Shown one piece after another: positions 14,238 through 29,285 of a DNA stretch of 64,000 bases. The notes under the pieces were generated by a model, which saw only the letters and a program-made list of their open reading frames with translations, made no database searches and was not told the DNA's origin. A program made the translations under genes and the position numbers. How positions within the stretch are numbered: position 1 is the stretch's first letter; every line of letters begins with the position of its first letter. This DNA comes from Eledone cirrhosa (Eukaryota). The stretch spans positions 75,640,001 through 75,704,000 of the forward strand of contig OZ024743.1 of the NCBI GenBank assembly GCA_964016885.1, in the 5' to 3' direction.

Positions 14238-14803
14238 GCATACTATGTCTAGGGCGGGTAAAATTCCCGAGATCCATGGACGAGTTCTCTCCAGCGGTTT
14301 CTGTCCCTCATTATCGCTGCCATGTCCTGCGTCTCTAAGAGACCAGTGTCTGTCTTTAGGACATCAACATATGTTATCTTCGTTCTTCCTCTTCTAGTGT
14401 GTCCATGCAGGGGCTCCCACAGGAGCACTGAGTGCAGAGTCAACTCGGGATGTCGGTGAGCATGTCCAGCTAACCTCAATCTCCTCTGTGCCACTCTCGA
14501 GCTGATAGTGGAACTGATATCACTGCTCTACACCAACACCAAAGCCCAAGTCATTACACCTGATGGGATGACGGAGTTCTTTGAGATACTGGCTGGAGTG
14601 CTCCAGGGAGATACATTGGCTCCCTACCTTTTTATCATCGCAGTGGACTATTGTATGCGCCTTGCGCTGGAGAAACACCAGGAGTCTGGCTTTACTGTAA
14701 CATCGGCTCAGAGCAGGAGAGCTAAGGCGAAAAAGGTATCGGATGCTGAATTTGCCGACGACATAGTTCTGGTGACAAACACAGTGAAGGAGGCATGCTA
14801 TGT
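14238..14803 (-). mobile_element. RTE-like LINE insertion with inverted 5' part
   Basis: 14249-14500 (-) RRLRLAGH..LLWEP..RRGR; 14505-14792 (+) GVLQGDTLAPYLF..FADDIVL; flanking direct repeats gcatactatgt / gcatgctatgt. Confidence 0.85.
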
Positions 14804-16086
14804 TAATAAAATAATTGCTGTTGTTTAGCCTCAGATCGCTCCTTACAGACTAAACATATGGTCTCAGACATTCAAAACATACCTAGCATATCATTCCCTG
14901 TCTCTACTACAGAATACATTATCCGATGTCTATTTTAAAATATGGTAGTGTGTTTTAAGAGGTAGAGGTTCTTTCATTGATTTATATTGGGACAATTCCA
15001 TCAGAAGAACGACAGATAAAATATCTTTTGGTATTTTATATCCATTTCTAAGTTCAGGCGGCGACTTGGCAGAGTCGTTAGGACGTCGGATAGAATACCT
15101 TGTGATATTTGTTTCGGCTTTCTGAGTTCAAATCCCACCGCGATCGCCTTTGCCTTTCATCAAACCAAGATCAATAAAAAAGTACCAGTGAAATACTGGG
15201 GTCGATTCTTCCTCTCTTCCCCTCTCTCACTCTCTATCCTTCTTTGGAATAAATCTGCTGTATGGAATAGAGATGGGTTCCATCAGGTTTTAAAATACCC
15301 TAGAAACGCCGATGGTTAATGCGGTGCCCCTATGACTCCCCCAATAGATGCGGGGTCATACATGTATACATTCCAAGTTCAAATCCCGCCGAGATTAACT
15401 TTAAGTTTTCCTCTTTCCATGTTCAATAAAATACCAGTTAAATAATCGGGTCGATTTCATTGTCTATCCTTCCACCAAAAACCTTGATGTTCAGAAATCA
15501 TCTGAAATTTGTAATTCTTTCCTATTTTTCGAGGAAGCCACATTATTTAGATGTGGGTGGGCACGATGTGCTATGGGTGGGCACGATATTGAATTTAAAA
15601 TGTGATACATTACGGGGAAGCTGCAGGAAATAGCAGCCAAATATCCCTCAAATTACTATATACCTTCTTAAGGACACATTGAATAATGATCACGGCTGGA
15701 TTGTCATTGATCATAGGACTTCTTACTAACCCTCATCCCCACCACCACCACTACCACCGCCACCATTATTATCAGCCGTAGCAACAACAACAACAACAAC
15801 AACAACGATACATTGAGTGGTTTGTTCTGCAGCCTCTCGACACTTTGTTACATTTAATCGTAGATAAATCCCAGCAAAGTTGTCGACGAATAAACCTCAA
15901 CTAGAAAGTTTTCTTGTGAGTTATTTGGCTTTTGATAACGTATGACCTCACGACAGACACACATCAAAATAATCAGCTATGTTAGGCTGATATCGCTAGA
16001 GTATTAGCTATACATTAGATATCCCCCTTCTTTCCTTTACACACACACACACACGCACGCACACACACACACACACACACGCGCGC

Positions 16087-16156
<70 letters not shown>

Positions 16157-16569
16157 GTGTGTGTGTGTGTGTGTTTGTGTGTGTATATGTGTATTTGTTA
16201 TTTTTCGTATATCCCTTATTTTCGGTTCTTTTCTCTTAAAAGCGTTTCTATTTGTAATCATTTCAATATTTGGAAAGTTTGGAAGCACGTGCTGGTGGAT
16301 AAGACTATAGTTATTTAGTTTGACTCTCTCACACTAGTTTGTATGAATGTGTATGTTTGTGACTATATATATATATATATATTGTTATACTTGGGGAGGG
16401 TCATATTGTTGTTATAATATTGCCAGAAATAATAACAGAACACACTCACTGTTTGGTTGGTTTTCGCTTCTGTATCTTTTATATCTCCCTAGTTAATTTA
16501 TTTGGCAATCATTGATTGACCAGCGGTTAAAAATACAGATATAAATATATATATATATATATATAGTCT

Positions 16570-16611
16570 ATCAACGTTCTTTCGTCGCGCATCTGCAACA
16601 TCATCAGTGGT
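16570..16611 (-). ncRNA. Degenerate minimal HHR in a PLE terminal-repeat remnant
   Basis: minus: ACCA CTGATGA T-GTTGC-agatgc-GCGAC GAAAGAACGT TGAT; the upstream terminus ttgttatacttggggagggtcat (16382) matches the PLE terminus at 38054. Confidence 0.6.
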
Positions 16612-16655
16612 ACTATTATGTTTCCTCCCATTGTATTGTAATGTAATATCTACAC

Positions 16656-16726
<71 letters not shown>

Positions 16727-16754
16727 ATCAAAAGATGGTTAAAAGAGTTCCATG

Positions 16755-16825
16755 TATTTTATTATGCGCATTTCAAAAACAAATATCATCATACAATAAC
16801 ATTTGTGTTTTCATCAGATAAAATA
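16755..16825 (-). ncRNA. Minimal type I HHR (left arm of palindrome 16720-17013)
   Basis: near-exact inverted copy of 16908-16978. Confidence 0.82.
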
Positions 16826-16907
16826 GGAAGACATGATATGAAGGTTTTAAACTGATTTAAAACTGCACTATCCACAAGTGTTTTTTAACCTTCATATCAT
16901 GTCTTTC

Positions 16908-16978
16908 TATTTTATCTGATGAAAACACAAATATTATTGCATGATGATATTTGTTTTTGAAATGCGCATAATAAAATA
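16908..16978 (+). ncRNA. Minimal type I HHR
   Basis: TATTTTAT CTGATGA AAACACAAATATTAT..ATGATATTTGTTTTT GAA ATGCGCAT A ATAAAATA; 8-bp stem I, palindromic stem III. Confidence 0.88.
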
Positions 16979-17102
16979 CATGGAACTCTTTTAACCATCT
17001 TTTGATCTTATATATTATGTATACTCCAGTCCTACAAACTGTAGAGTGCTTCTTATCCGATATCTGCATTGCTTTATTGTACTACAATAAAACTCACCTC
17101 CT

Positions 17103-17165
<63 letters not shown>

Positions 17166-17885
17166 ACGAAGGGTTAAAAATGATATAAGAAATAGTTATT
17201 GTTATATGCATTAGCATGGTTATAGTTGTAATAACAAGTATAATATATGTAATAACAATATTGTGAGAGGAAATAACATGAATAGGTGTAAATGTTATAA
17301 CGAGAATATGAAGAATATAAGAATAAATGATTTGGTTATATATAGTTTACTTCACGGGAATTAATTAAAAAGTACATATAAACACAGTTACCAAGAGTTG
17401 TTAACGTTATTATTGTTTCTGATGTGAGGCTGTTGTAGTCTGTTGTTGTTGTTGTTGGTGTGAAAGCAGCGAGCGATAGATAATTGTTGTTGTTGTTGGA
17501 ATTTGGAGACCGTGGTAGTAGTTGTGAGACCGTGTTAGTAAGAGAGAGAGATATGGTTCGTAAATCTCTGAATGGTCTGTAATTAGTTGTAAACCACTGT
17601 GGCTTGTACATGGTCTGTAGGAATAGGGTTCCAATCGCTCTGGGTATTTCTGTAGACCTCTGGGGTCTATTGGTAGCAGTAAATCCTTACATAGCTTGTT
17701 ATAGGTGTAATGCTCTGATGTATCTCCTTGAGTGGGATGATAGCACAGGCTTTATATACCTATCGCTTCCTGTCCCCACCTTGAGGGGATAGTCAACACA
17801 TGAACTTGTTAACACAATAAATGTGGGGCCCTAGAATTTAACCTTTAGGTATCACCCAAAGTTCAAGGCGCGGACAGATTTCGCT

Positions 17886-17990
<105 letters not shown>

Positions 17991-18237
17991 AAAAGATTCA
18001 GGACCCCGACGGCTGAGCTCCGGCGGTTTCGACAGCTAGATACATATATAAATGGAAAGCGGAGTTAAAAACTGGCGTTAATACTCTGCAATTATTGAGC
18101 TCAAAATATAAAAATTGGGCTCTTTATAATATAATAAATATAAATAAACACACAAAGAAATGTGTTTTGAATTACATGGGGTGAAAAACCACTTTGATGC
18201 AATGCATATAATCTACGAACAAACGGGAAATACATAA

Positions 18238-18729
18238 TCTAAACTATAATAAAGTAAGCAGTGCGGGACTGCGTCCAGAATATATATTTTTTTATTCCGT
18301 TTGTAAAATAAGTTGGATTACTTTGAATAAATAATGAATGAATATTACATAATTTATCTACTAAATTTCGTTATTCTTGATTAAATATAAATAATTTTGT
18401 GGCTTATTTTAAGATTCACTTCTTTAAAATTTTCAAATATTAACATTTCCGGTTAGCGATCGCTTAAATAAACATTCATATATTCCCGTCACTAATTTTC
18501 TCTTAATGCAGTTTATATATAATATCGTCTTTTTTTAAAATGTATCATGGATTACTTTACTGATTACATAAGACAGTGTAACGCAGTCTTCGTTCAATTT
18601 TTGTGTATATTGTCAATTACGATTTTATTTGATGTATCATATCTACATGTATATATACTTGCGTATAATATCAATATACACGCTACACGTGCTAGCAGAA
18701 AACCACCCCATAGGTGGTTTTTCTGCTAG
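18238..18729 (+). mobile_element. Non-autonomous Helitron
   Basis: A|TC start, terminal hairpin gcagaaaaccacc..ggtggtttttctgc, CTAG|T end; second copy from about 63544 to the window end. Confidence 0.8.
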
Positions 18730-19133
18730 TAACCGTAAAAAAAGGAATTAAAATATTCTAACCATTTCAATAACTATTAAACTCCTGGACTACAGATAGA
18801 GTTTGTTGCGCCAAAAATTAGTGGCTGTGTGAGATCCTTGGGCTTCTCAACTGGAGTAAGGTTTATATGAACAGCACACCTGGAGATAATTTAGGTAACT
18901 ATATGTCGCTCATGGTGTATATAGTAAGAGAACAAGTAACACCTCGTGCGACAGACAGGACATAGTGGCATGAGTGAGTCGTAAAACGGCTTGAAATGGC
19001 AGCCTAAAGTCACTCAACTTCAAAAGCTCAACAAACAATGACGCATAATAGTTAATAAAGAAAACAAACATAACACCGGAGGTAAGTTTACACAGTTATA
19101 TTAGGTTCAGGAGGAGGTTTCAAGTGGAGGAGG

Positions 19134-19169
19134 TTTCAACGTTTCGGACAGTAGTCCTTCTTCAGGAAA
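19134..19169 (-). ncRNA. Minimal type I HHR
   Basis: minus: TTTC CTGAAGA A-GGAC-tact-GTCC GAAACGTT GAAA. Confidence 0.82.
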
Positions 19170-19419
19170 GTTCAGATAAGGAGAGAACAGATAGACGTAA
19201 GAGTAGTGTGAGAAGGTTAGGGAAAAAATAGAAAAAAGTAGTTATAGGTGGGTGAAAGGTCCGGCCTGGGGGGAGGACATGGTGGAGGGCATGGGGGTGT
19301 CACGGGTGTGGTTATGTGTGTGTGTCGAAGGGAAGAAATTGGTATATGTGCGTGGTTTCAGTCTGTGTCCCAGAGTCTATTAAAGTGACGTGTGGACGCT
19401 GGTGTGTGTGTATGTTTGT

Positions 19420-19494
<75 letters not shown>

Positions 19495-19744
19495 CATACA
19501 TACACACACACATGTATATACATATATATATATGTATATATATATATTTACATATACTCGTGTGTATGTGTGTGTGTATGTGTATGCGTTTATGAATGTT
19601 TGCCTTTTTTGGTGTATGTGTAGTTTCTGTTTGAATGTTCGTGTGTGTTTTATATATGCTTGTATGAACGAATGTTGGCGTATGTAGCTTTTGTGTGTGT
19701 GTGTGTGTGAGTGAGAGAAAAAGAGAGAAATATATATATAACTT

Positions 19745-19902
<158 letters not shown>

Positions 19903-19918
19903 ATATTTATATACCCCC

Positions 19919-20020
<102 letters not shown>

Positions 20021-20319
20021 TAAATAGCAGATTGAGATAAAGAAAAACTGTCAGTTTGGTTTTATTTGATATGTCAACAGTAGAGATTGTAAAGTTGATG
20101 GATGAACTATTGATGGAGTAGAGAGGGGGAGAGTGAGGAGGGAGAGGGGGAGAGACGAGGAGAGAGGGGAGGGGAGCGGAGGGAGAGGTGGAGTCAGAGG
20201 GAGAGATAGGGGAAAGGGGATAGAGGATAGTGGGAGAGAGAACGAATTGATGAATGAAGAGAAAGAAAAAGAAAAAATCATCAAAGGAAAAACCAAAGAA
20301 AACAAACGATTACGACATG

Positions 20320-20780
20320 AACAACAACAGTAACACCACCACCACCACCACCACCACCAACAACAATAACAACAACAACAACAAGAGTAACACCGACACC
20401 AACAACAACAACAACAACAACAGTAACACCACCACCACCACCACCAACAACAACAACAGTAACACCAACAACAACAACAACAACAACAGTAACAACAACA
20501 ACAGTAACAACAACAACAGTAACACCACCAACAACAACAACACCACCACCACCACCAACAACAACAACAGTAACACCACCACCACCACCACCACCACCAA
20601 CAACAACAACATTAACAACAACAACAGTAACATCAACAACAACAGTAACAACAACAACAGCAACAACAACTACATAAAACAATAACAACAACATAAAACA
20701 ACAACAACAGTAACAACAATAGCAACAACAACAATAGTAACAACAACAATAACAACAACAGCAACAACAGTAGCAGCAGC

Positions 20781-20811
<31 letters not shown>

Positions 20812-21235
20812 GTAACAACAACAACAACAGTAACAACAATAACGACTACAACAACAGCAGCAACAACAACAATAACAACAGTAACAACAACAACAACAAC
20901 AACATAAAACAACAACAACAGTAACAACAATAACAACTACAACAACAGCAGCAACAACACCAACAGCAGTAACAACAACAACAACAACAGTAACAACAAC
21001 ATCAGTAACAACAACAACAGCAACAACAGTAACAACAATAACAACTACAACAACAGCAGCAACAACACCAACAGCAGTAACAACAACAACAACAACAGTA
21101 ACAACAACATCAGTAACAACAACAACAGCAACAACAGTAACAACAATAACAACAACAACAACAATAACAACAACAACAACAACAACAACAATAGCAACAA
21201 CAACAACAATAACAACAACAACAACGACAACAACA
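20320..21235. repeat. (AAC/ACC/AGC)n trinucleotide array
   Basis: direct reading. Confidence 0.95.
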
Positions 21236-23102
21236 TGAGTTAAAGAAGGAGTGATAAATAGTGGCTTGATATGCCAGAAATAGCAGTCAGTTCCTTTTCA
21301 AATGACATCTTACCATCTGTAACATAGGAGTTGTAGATAATGGCAGCCTGGGTCTCCTGCAGCAGGGACTGGGGTAAAGAAAATATAGACAGGGTGGCAT
21401 TAGGAAGCGGGTACATCCAGGACAGACCCACAAAAGGAAGGCCGTATTATGGGAAGGGGTACATCGAAGGGGAGGGGGGTATCAAGGAGAGGGGGTACAT
21501 CATTATATTCCAATTAAATGTCATGTCCCTCCAGCTCCACCATCTCCCTCCCACCCCGGCCATATCCCTCCACCCCACTCCACCATCTCCGTCCACCCCC
21601 ACCGTCTCCCTCCAACCCACTCCACCACCTCCATCCACCCCTCCCCCCTCCACCTCACTCCACCAACTCCCTCGACCCTACCATATCCCTTCAGTTTTAT
21701 TCCCGTATTAGGTGTTGTGTTGTGTCCTTAAGCAAGCCTCTTTACTTTAAGTTGCTCCAGTCCAGTCAGCTGTAGATTAGCCACGTGACTGGTGCCAAGT
21801 TATCACGAGATGTCTGTGACATGATCACAGTTTACAACATTCACAGCGAGACTTAGCTATCTTTATTATAAACAATATATTTATTATAAACAACGGCGGC
21901 TTGACAGTATCGGTAGAGGGTCAGACGCCATACTTTGCAGCATAGAGTTACGCCCCTTTATGATCTGAGTTCAAATCCTGCCGAGGTTAACTTTGCCTTT
22001 CATCCTTACGGAGTCGATAAAATAAAGTACCAGTAATGTACTGGGATAATTGCTGGCCATGAGCCAAAAGTAGAAACAATTAAGATTACTGGGTCTGTAT
22101 ATCAACCACCATCTCTTATATTTACTGGCGTTCCCTGTAATTATCAGATCTTTGACTGAACACTTCATAGTATATTTCGCTAACTTAAAATCATGATAAC
22201 ACAAAAGTAGTAAAGAAAATGATACGGCATTCCTGAATCCAGTAATAAAGATGAAAACCTTCTAAGAGGAACGTGTTGTTTAGGTTGATAGAGGGAGTGG
22301 TGTGCTGTTTCTATCGTCTTTATCACTTTATATAGTCTTAAGCTGTCCGGAATAAATCAGACAAGTAAGGATGTTGCCTGTATATGTCGTACCATAACTG
22401 TGATGTGTGTGACACGGTATTAAAATCTGGTTTAAGAATTGTGGTAGAGACATATCGAGGAGGTACTGTTTATGTGTCGGCTCTACACATGATGATGTCC
22501 CTGGGGTCACTGACTTAAGCTGACCCCTCAGCGGGCAACAGCAAGAAGACTGTCTATCAACACAGTATGGCGATAAGTAATAATAATTATTTCTACTTTT
22601 GGCCAAGACCAGCAATTAAATCAGTGCATTACTGGTACTTTATTTTATCGACCCCGTAAGGATGAAAGGCAAAGTTAACCTCAGCGGGATTTGAATTCAG
22701 ACCGTAAAGGGCCACAACTCTATGCTACGAACGTTGTTCGACGCTTTACCGATACTCGACGCTCTACCAATCCAACGCGGCTTTATATTTTCATTTTCCT
22801 AGTTTGCTGCGTGCAATGGAGTATAAGAGCAAGTGAAAATATTTATAAGAGATACGCGACCTTATTTATATTTTTTATTGGTAGGAAATGGGGTTTAATG
22901 CGTAGAAATAGGTATTATTACTGTAAATGATAAGTTTTATGTTTTCTTAATTTAGAGTTCATTTACTCTTCTTCTTAATGATAGTGTTTTGGAGTGCAGA
23001 ACGACTGACAGATCTTGAAAGTAGTATTCCTGTAATAGACCTTCTCATAAATTTAACCTAGAAAATAGTCTAAAAGATTAAACATTTGCATGAGTGTATA
23101 GG

Positions 23103-23157
<55 letters not shown>

Positions 23158-23203
23158 CAAACATACACACAAACTCGTAGATGCGCGCACACATTGTACA
23201 TGA

Positions 23204-23255
<52 letters not shown>

Positions 23256-23366
23256 CCATATGTGGTTGGTGGCTGAAAGAAACCAGTACTCAATACCAAA
23301 GTAGAGTTTTAATATTCATTTTATTAAGACTGAATTAACAAGACTCGCTATTCAGCCTTAATAAAA

Positions 23367-23400
<34 letters not shown>

Positions 23401-23405
<5 letters not shown>

Positions 23406-23770
23406 AAAAATGGGGAGAAGAATACTGCAGGTTGCACATGGATAACACGTTATAAAATGAGTCCCTCATCAGTGATTTGCCAACGATCATAGATATTTCA
23501 TTGCATTAAAAATCACATACCTCACGTTGGTGCAATAATAACTAAATTAAGTTATTAGGACAATTAAAACGCGTAAAGCGAGTGAGACAAGTAAACAACA
23601 AAGAGGAAAGCTAACCGTAGATAGGAAGGGCACACGCTACATAGTTATTCTGTCAGCATAAGCTGGGTGAATATATGAGCGCGTAGAAAAAAGACCTTTC
23701 GAGATGAATCCAAATGTAAGAAAGAAGGAAATTGTTTTCGTCGCGAACGGGATGAAGTGAGAAGGGGAGA

Positions 23771-23775
<5 letters not shown>
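23401..23775 (-). mobile_element. Short element in (TA)n carrying the 5' half of an HHR (about 530-bp unit family)
   Basis: minus: AATCA CTGATGA GGGACTC; homologous to 29286-30140. Confidence 0.65.
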
Positions 23776-23819
<44 letters not shown>

Positions 23820-24694
23820 AAAGTGAACAACACAAAATATAACTACTCCATTACCAAAGGTTTCTGGATCCCAGACAATAATAATATACGTCTGGATCAG
23901 TCGTCAGACAGAGATGTATATATTACTTATTTATGTTCATACACGGAACAAAAGCGCTACCAAAGGTTTCAATGCCCAATATTGACCATATCTCCAGAAT
24001 GTAAGAGGGATCGACACATTGTCACCTAATCTTCAGTTTTTTTTTCTGCGGATAATCCCCCCCCCCCCCCCACACACACAACCCTAAGGTTGATATATAA
24101 CTTGTTGTTTTTTAAATTTGGAAGTTTGAGGAAAACGTAAGGAATAAGTAAGAGATTATTGTTGCGCTGTTATTGTGACCTCACCAAAGACTTACAGAGG
24201 AAGTTGCTACAACAACAATATCTATGTCATACAATTGTCAGAGACATTGGAACGTCAGATAGAATACCTTGTGGTATTTGTTTCAACTCTCTGTTTCTCT
24301 GAGTTTAAATCCCGCCGAGGTCAACTTTACCTTTCATCCATTTAAAGTTTATATAAAAAAGTACCAGTCAAGTACTGGGGCCGATTCTTCCTCTATCTCT
24401 CTTTCTCGTTTGTATTCTCTCTCTCTCTATCCTTCGATGGAATAACTATTGTATTCATAACCTGTGAAGGCGCATGGCTTAGTGGCTTGCAATCGAAAGG
24501 TTGTGAGTTCAATTCTCGGACCAGGTGATGTGTTGTGTCCTTGAGCAAGACACTTTATTTCACATTGCTCCAGTTTACTCATTAAGTTACCCAAGACACC
24601 TCCAACGAGATATACCTTGGAGGAGGCCAGCTAAACCTGCATAGGTGTGAGCTATTACACACACACACACACAGACACACACAGGTGTGAGCTG

Positions 24695-24746
<52 letters not shown>

Positions 24747-25653
24747 GTGTCAGCTGTCACACATACACACACACACACAGACACACACAGACACACACAG
24801 GTGTGAGCTGTCACACACACACATAACTGTGAGCTGTCACACACACAGACACAAACATAGGTGTCAGCTGTCACACACACAGACACACACACATTCATAC
24901 CTGGATATGAGATGGTCTCCGCCAGTTTAAAACTGCCCAAGAAACACCGTAAGTCAACATGGCGCCCCTACGACCCCTGCTCAGGAGATACGAGAGCATA
25001 TATATCATATAGAATATACCCTTCTAATTAAATATGAAAGTTATATCTACCTTAAGTTTATAGTATAATATCTACTATTATACTCCAGATTTAGCGACTA
25101 CTTTTCTTTATCTTCTCTATATAAAATGGACACACACACGGAGACACAGATACACACACACACACACACACATACATACACACACACACACACACACATG
25201 CATATACATACACAGCACACACACATCTCTCTCTATCTACACACACAAACACACACCCGGATACACATGCATATACATACACAACACACACACACATCTC
25301 TCTCTATCTACACACACACACACCCGGATACACATGCATATACATACACAGCACACACACATCTCTCTCTATCTACACACACACACACACGGATACACAT
25401 GCATATACATACACAGCACACACACACATCTCTCTCTATCTACACACACCCGGATACACATGCATATACATACACAGCACACACACATCTCTCTCTATCT
25501 ACACACACACACACACGGATACACATGCATATACATACACACACACACACGTCTCTCTCTCTCTATCTACACACACACACGGATACACATGCATATACAT
25601 ACACACACACAACACACACACACATCTCTCTCTATCTATCTCTCTTTTTATCT

Positions 25654-25687
<34 letters not shown>

Positions 25688-25794
25688 GGTCTAGAACTAG
25701 CTGTTGAAACGGCAAGAGCTCAGCCGCCGGGTCCCGACTCTTTATAATATACATATATAGTATGTATATATGTATTACATACAAATATATATAT

Positions 25795-25918
<124 letters not shown>

Positions 25919-25932
25919 GTATACATGCCTAT

Positions 25933-25969
<37 letters not shown>

Positions 25970-26424
25970 GGCATGCACGCACTTCTGCATATACACACAT
26001 GTAGACTGAGAAGCCAGCAGTGGTTTTATAATTTCACTCTCACAGTTGTAACTCGGTATAATCGGTGGTACACACCCTCATCCCATTTCTGTCTTATTCA
26101 TCTTTTAAAATGAAATCAGCCACATTGCCTTTTTTCAACTGATAAAGTTGTCACAGCCACCATGTTGTATTATAAGGAAGACGAGAAGGATTCGCCTCAT
26201 TTGCAAAATAAAAACAAGAGACATAAAAGAACACACACACAAACACACACAAAATCCCAAGTGTAATGAAAACTTGGCTGACACTAATCTAGCATTTTAT
26301 ACGACAAAAGGAATTCTTGTAGGAAATGTTAATAGTGAGAATAGGGAGTCACCAATTAGTAATAGTGACGTGTACCGAAATGGATCATATATTTTCTGCT
26401 TAAGAACTATCATACACAATAAAG

Positions 26425-27094
26425 AGCTTTAGCTCTTTAATGTTCAAACCGGCCAAAACCGACCAGAATTCTCTACCTCTCTCTGTTGAAACTGGCTGTA
26501 ACCGGTCGCTGAAACCGATGTTAAGGTATTGTTCTCAAAATAAATACTTTCAAAATCTCATAGATTCGATATTATGCGAGATATTATGTGAGGTAAAGCC
26601 TTTCCTGTGAAAATACAATAGTATATATAGAGTAATGTAAATGTTATGTGAGATATTATGTGAGGTAAATAAAGCCTTTACTGTGAAAATACAATAGTAT
26701 ATATAGAGTAATGTAAATGTTATGTGAGATATTATGTGAGGTAAATAAAGCCTTTACTGTGAAAATACAATAGTATATATAGAGTAATGTAAATGTTATG
26801 TGAGATATTATGTAAGGTAAAGCCTTTACCATGAAAATACAATAGTATATATAGAGTAATGTAAATGTTATGTGAGATATTATGTGAGGTAAAGCCTTTA
26901 CTGTGAAAATACAATAGTATATATAGAGTAATGTAAATGTTATGTGAGATATTATGTGAGGTAAAGCCTTTACTGTGAAAATACAATAGTATATATAGAG
27001 TAATGTAAATGTTATGTGAGATATTATGTGAGGTAAAGCCTTTACCATGACAATATAATAGATATATAGAGTAATGTAAATGTTAAAGGGTTAA
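26425..27094. mobile_element. piggyBac-like non-autonomous element with internal 72/76-bp minisatellite
   Basis: ends ..aatgttaaagggTTAA; unexpanded relative at about 55230-55458 (-); 6-7 internal repeats. Confidence 0.65.
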
Positions 27095-27261
27095 ACACTT
27101 GATGACATTTGATCGCTGAGACTGTTTTTGTGCTGAAGTTTTATCGTTCGGCTTATCTATAAACCAGATCCATTCTTTTAAATATTAAAAATTCAGAACT
27201 GATTTATTCAGCATATTTATCTATTTTAAAAAAGGCAATAACCTTGTATTTAATATCCAAA

Positions 27262-27680
27262 CAGTGGAGATGAGATGCCATAGAAGAACACTGAGAATCT
27301 CCTACACAGAACACATCATCAACGAGAAGATCAGCAAAAGAATCACCCAGCACGTGAGCCACTTTGAATATCTGCTGACCACGGTGAAGAGGAGGAAGAT
27401 GAGGTGGTATGGGGCATGTAACAAGAACGGGTGGACTCTCCAAGACAATTCTCCAAGGAACAGAGTGGAGAAAGAGAAGGCGGAGTAGACAGAGGAAGTG
27501 GTGGACAGACAACATAACTGAGTAGATGGGAAAGAACTTTACCACACAACTCAAGTACTCACTCATGCTCCCCATGCTTCTTACTCACCTCGTGGATGTC
27601 TCTCTGTTGACCACGGGCCGCTGGTCTCTGTCCTCTGAGGCACTTTTGCCCATCGCTACCTTTGACATCTAGCAATGAGG
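27262..27680 (+). mobile_element. RTE LINE 3' fragment
   Basis: EMRCHRRTLRISYTEHI..LLTTVKRRKMRWYG; near-identical copy at 62578-62947. Confidence 0.85.
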
Positions 27681-27682
27681 TA

Positions 27683-27733
<51 letters not shown>

Positions 27734-27833
27734 CTGTATGTATAGTACATTTGATAATATACTGTATGTTTATTAAAAACATTTTGAAGACCATTTGCTA
27801 TGAATTTTAAAGTAGTTACTGTGTCACTTACTT

Positions 27834-27897
<64 letters not shown>

Positions 27898-28167
27898 GTT
27901 TATATAAAATGTAGAATTTTTTCGTGTTTGTAGACATCCGGACAAGCGGTTGGTAAAAAGTTGTTTTTTTAATTATTATTTAATGATTTTGATGAATTCA
28001 ATATACAATATATATATATATATAATTAAAGGTTAAACAAGGTTCAATGAATAAATCAAAGAATGAGTTTTACAATAGATTTGAAGCATTCAACAGTAAT
28101 GGTTTTCCGGAGTTATAAATATTAATTCAAAATATTAACAAAAATAGACATTCGTGTGATCAAGTAT

Positions 28168-28232
28168 ATTTTATTATACATATTTCAGAGGTACTGAGCT
28201 ATCTTCAACAGTACGTCCTCATCAGATAAAAT
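28168..28232 (-). ncRNA. Minimal type I HHR
   Basis: minus: ATTTTAT CTGATGA GGAC-GTACTG..CAGTAC-CTCT GAA ATATGTAT A ATAAAAT; 7-bp stem I. Confidence 0.78.
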
Positions 28233-28689
28233 AAGATGATGCATGACATACCCTGACTTAGTAAATGGTTAAGATTCAGTCATGGTAGTCTAATTAATTA
28301 TTGAGAGGGCGTGCCGTATCTTTGCACTGAATTAATTAAAAGTTGGTTAGAAGCGAAGTCAATGCAGACAGGCAGCAAGACAGAGAGATATTATAAGCGT
28401 GCGACGTTATAGCTATGTATCTAATGCAGACAGTCAGACATACAGAGACATATTATAAGACTAAGAAAGAGAGAGGAATGTCGTATAACCGGAAGTGTTG
28501 ACATTTGAAAATTTTAAAGAAGTGAATATTTAAATAAACGATAAAATATCTTTAATCGTTTAACGAAATTTAGAAGACAAAAATACTCTCACTTTCTTAC
28601 TTAGAAAAAGTTACATCTATGGTGCAAATTTGGTGCTTTTTGATCCAGCCGTTTGGCGAAAAGTTTGTTACATACATACGGCCGTCAGC

Positions 28690-28730
<41 letters not shown>

Positions 28731-28990
28731 AATATAAATTTACCGAGAATCGCATTTCGGCGGGTAGAAATTAGCGAAACGCAACTTCCGTATTGTGCAG
28801 ACCAAGCGCTCCATGGATATGAAGAAGAAGATACCAGAACTATAAACATAAGTTAAAATGGTCATTTTAACCGGGTTGAATCGGAGGTAACCACAGTAAG
28901 TAAGGTACTCAATACATAGCAGAGTATAAAAGTTTTAATATAGAAGAGCTTCTACAGGACTAGAACTGTTTCATTGAGAAATCATCAGGG

Positions 28991-29037
28991 CCCCCTGATG
29001 ATTTCTCACAAATGAAACAGTTCTAGTCCTGTAGAAG
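28991..29037 (+). ncRNA. Family A HHR with the 5' arm of stem I lost at the inversion point (inverted twin at 28949-28990)
   Basis: CTGATGA TTTCTCACAAAT GAA ACAG-TTCTAGTC-CTGT A GAAG. Confidence 0.75.
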
Positions 29038-29051
29038 CTCTTCTATATTAA

Positions 29052-29113
<62 letters not shown>

Positions 29114-29285
29114 GATAAATTAACGGAGTCATAGACTCTCGTTATTCCCTGTCAATGATGTGCTCAAAAGGAATCCTGAGCTCTTTAAAATACAATATGT
29201 TGAAAAGATAACACACTATAGAGAGACAGTGTGCCATCAATAAAACAGGGAAAACCACCAGTGTTAACGGATAAACGGATAAACG

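Noticed and set aside
23470-23500. Type II HHR topology (GAAA-TATC-TA-TGAT..ATCA-CTGATGA on the minus strand)
   Set aside because: No stem II pairing, and the putative cleavage triplet is not kept in the 30 kb copy.
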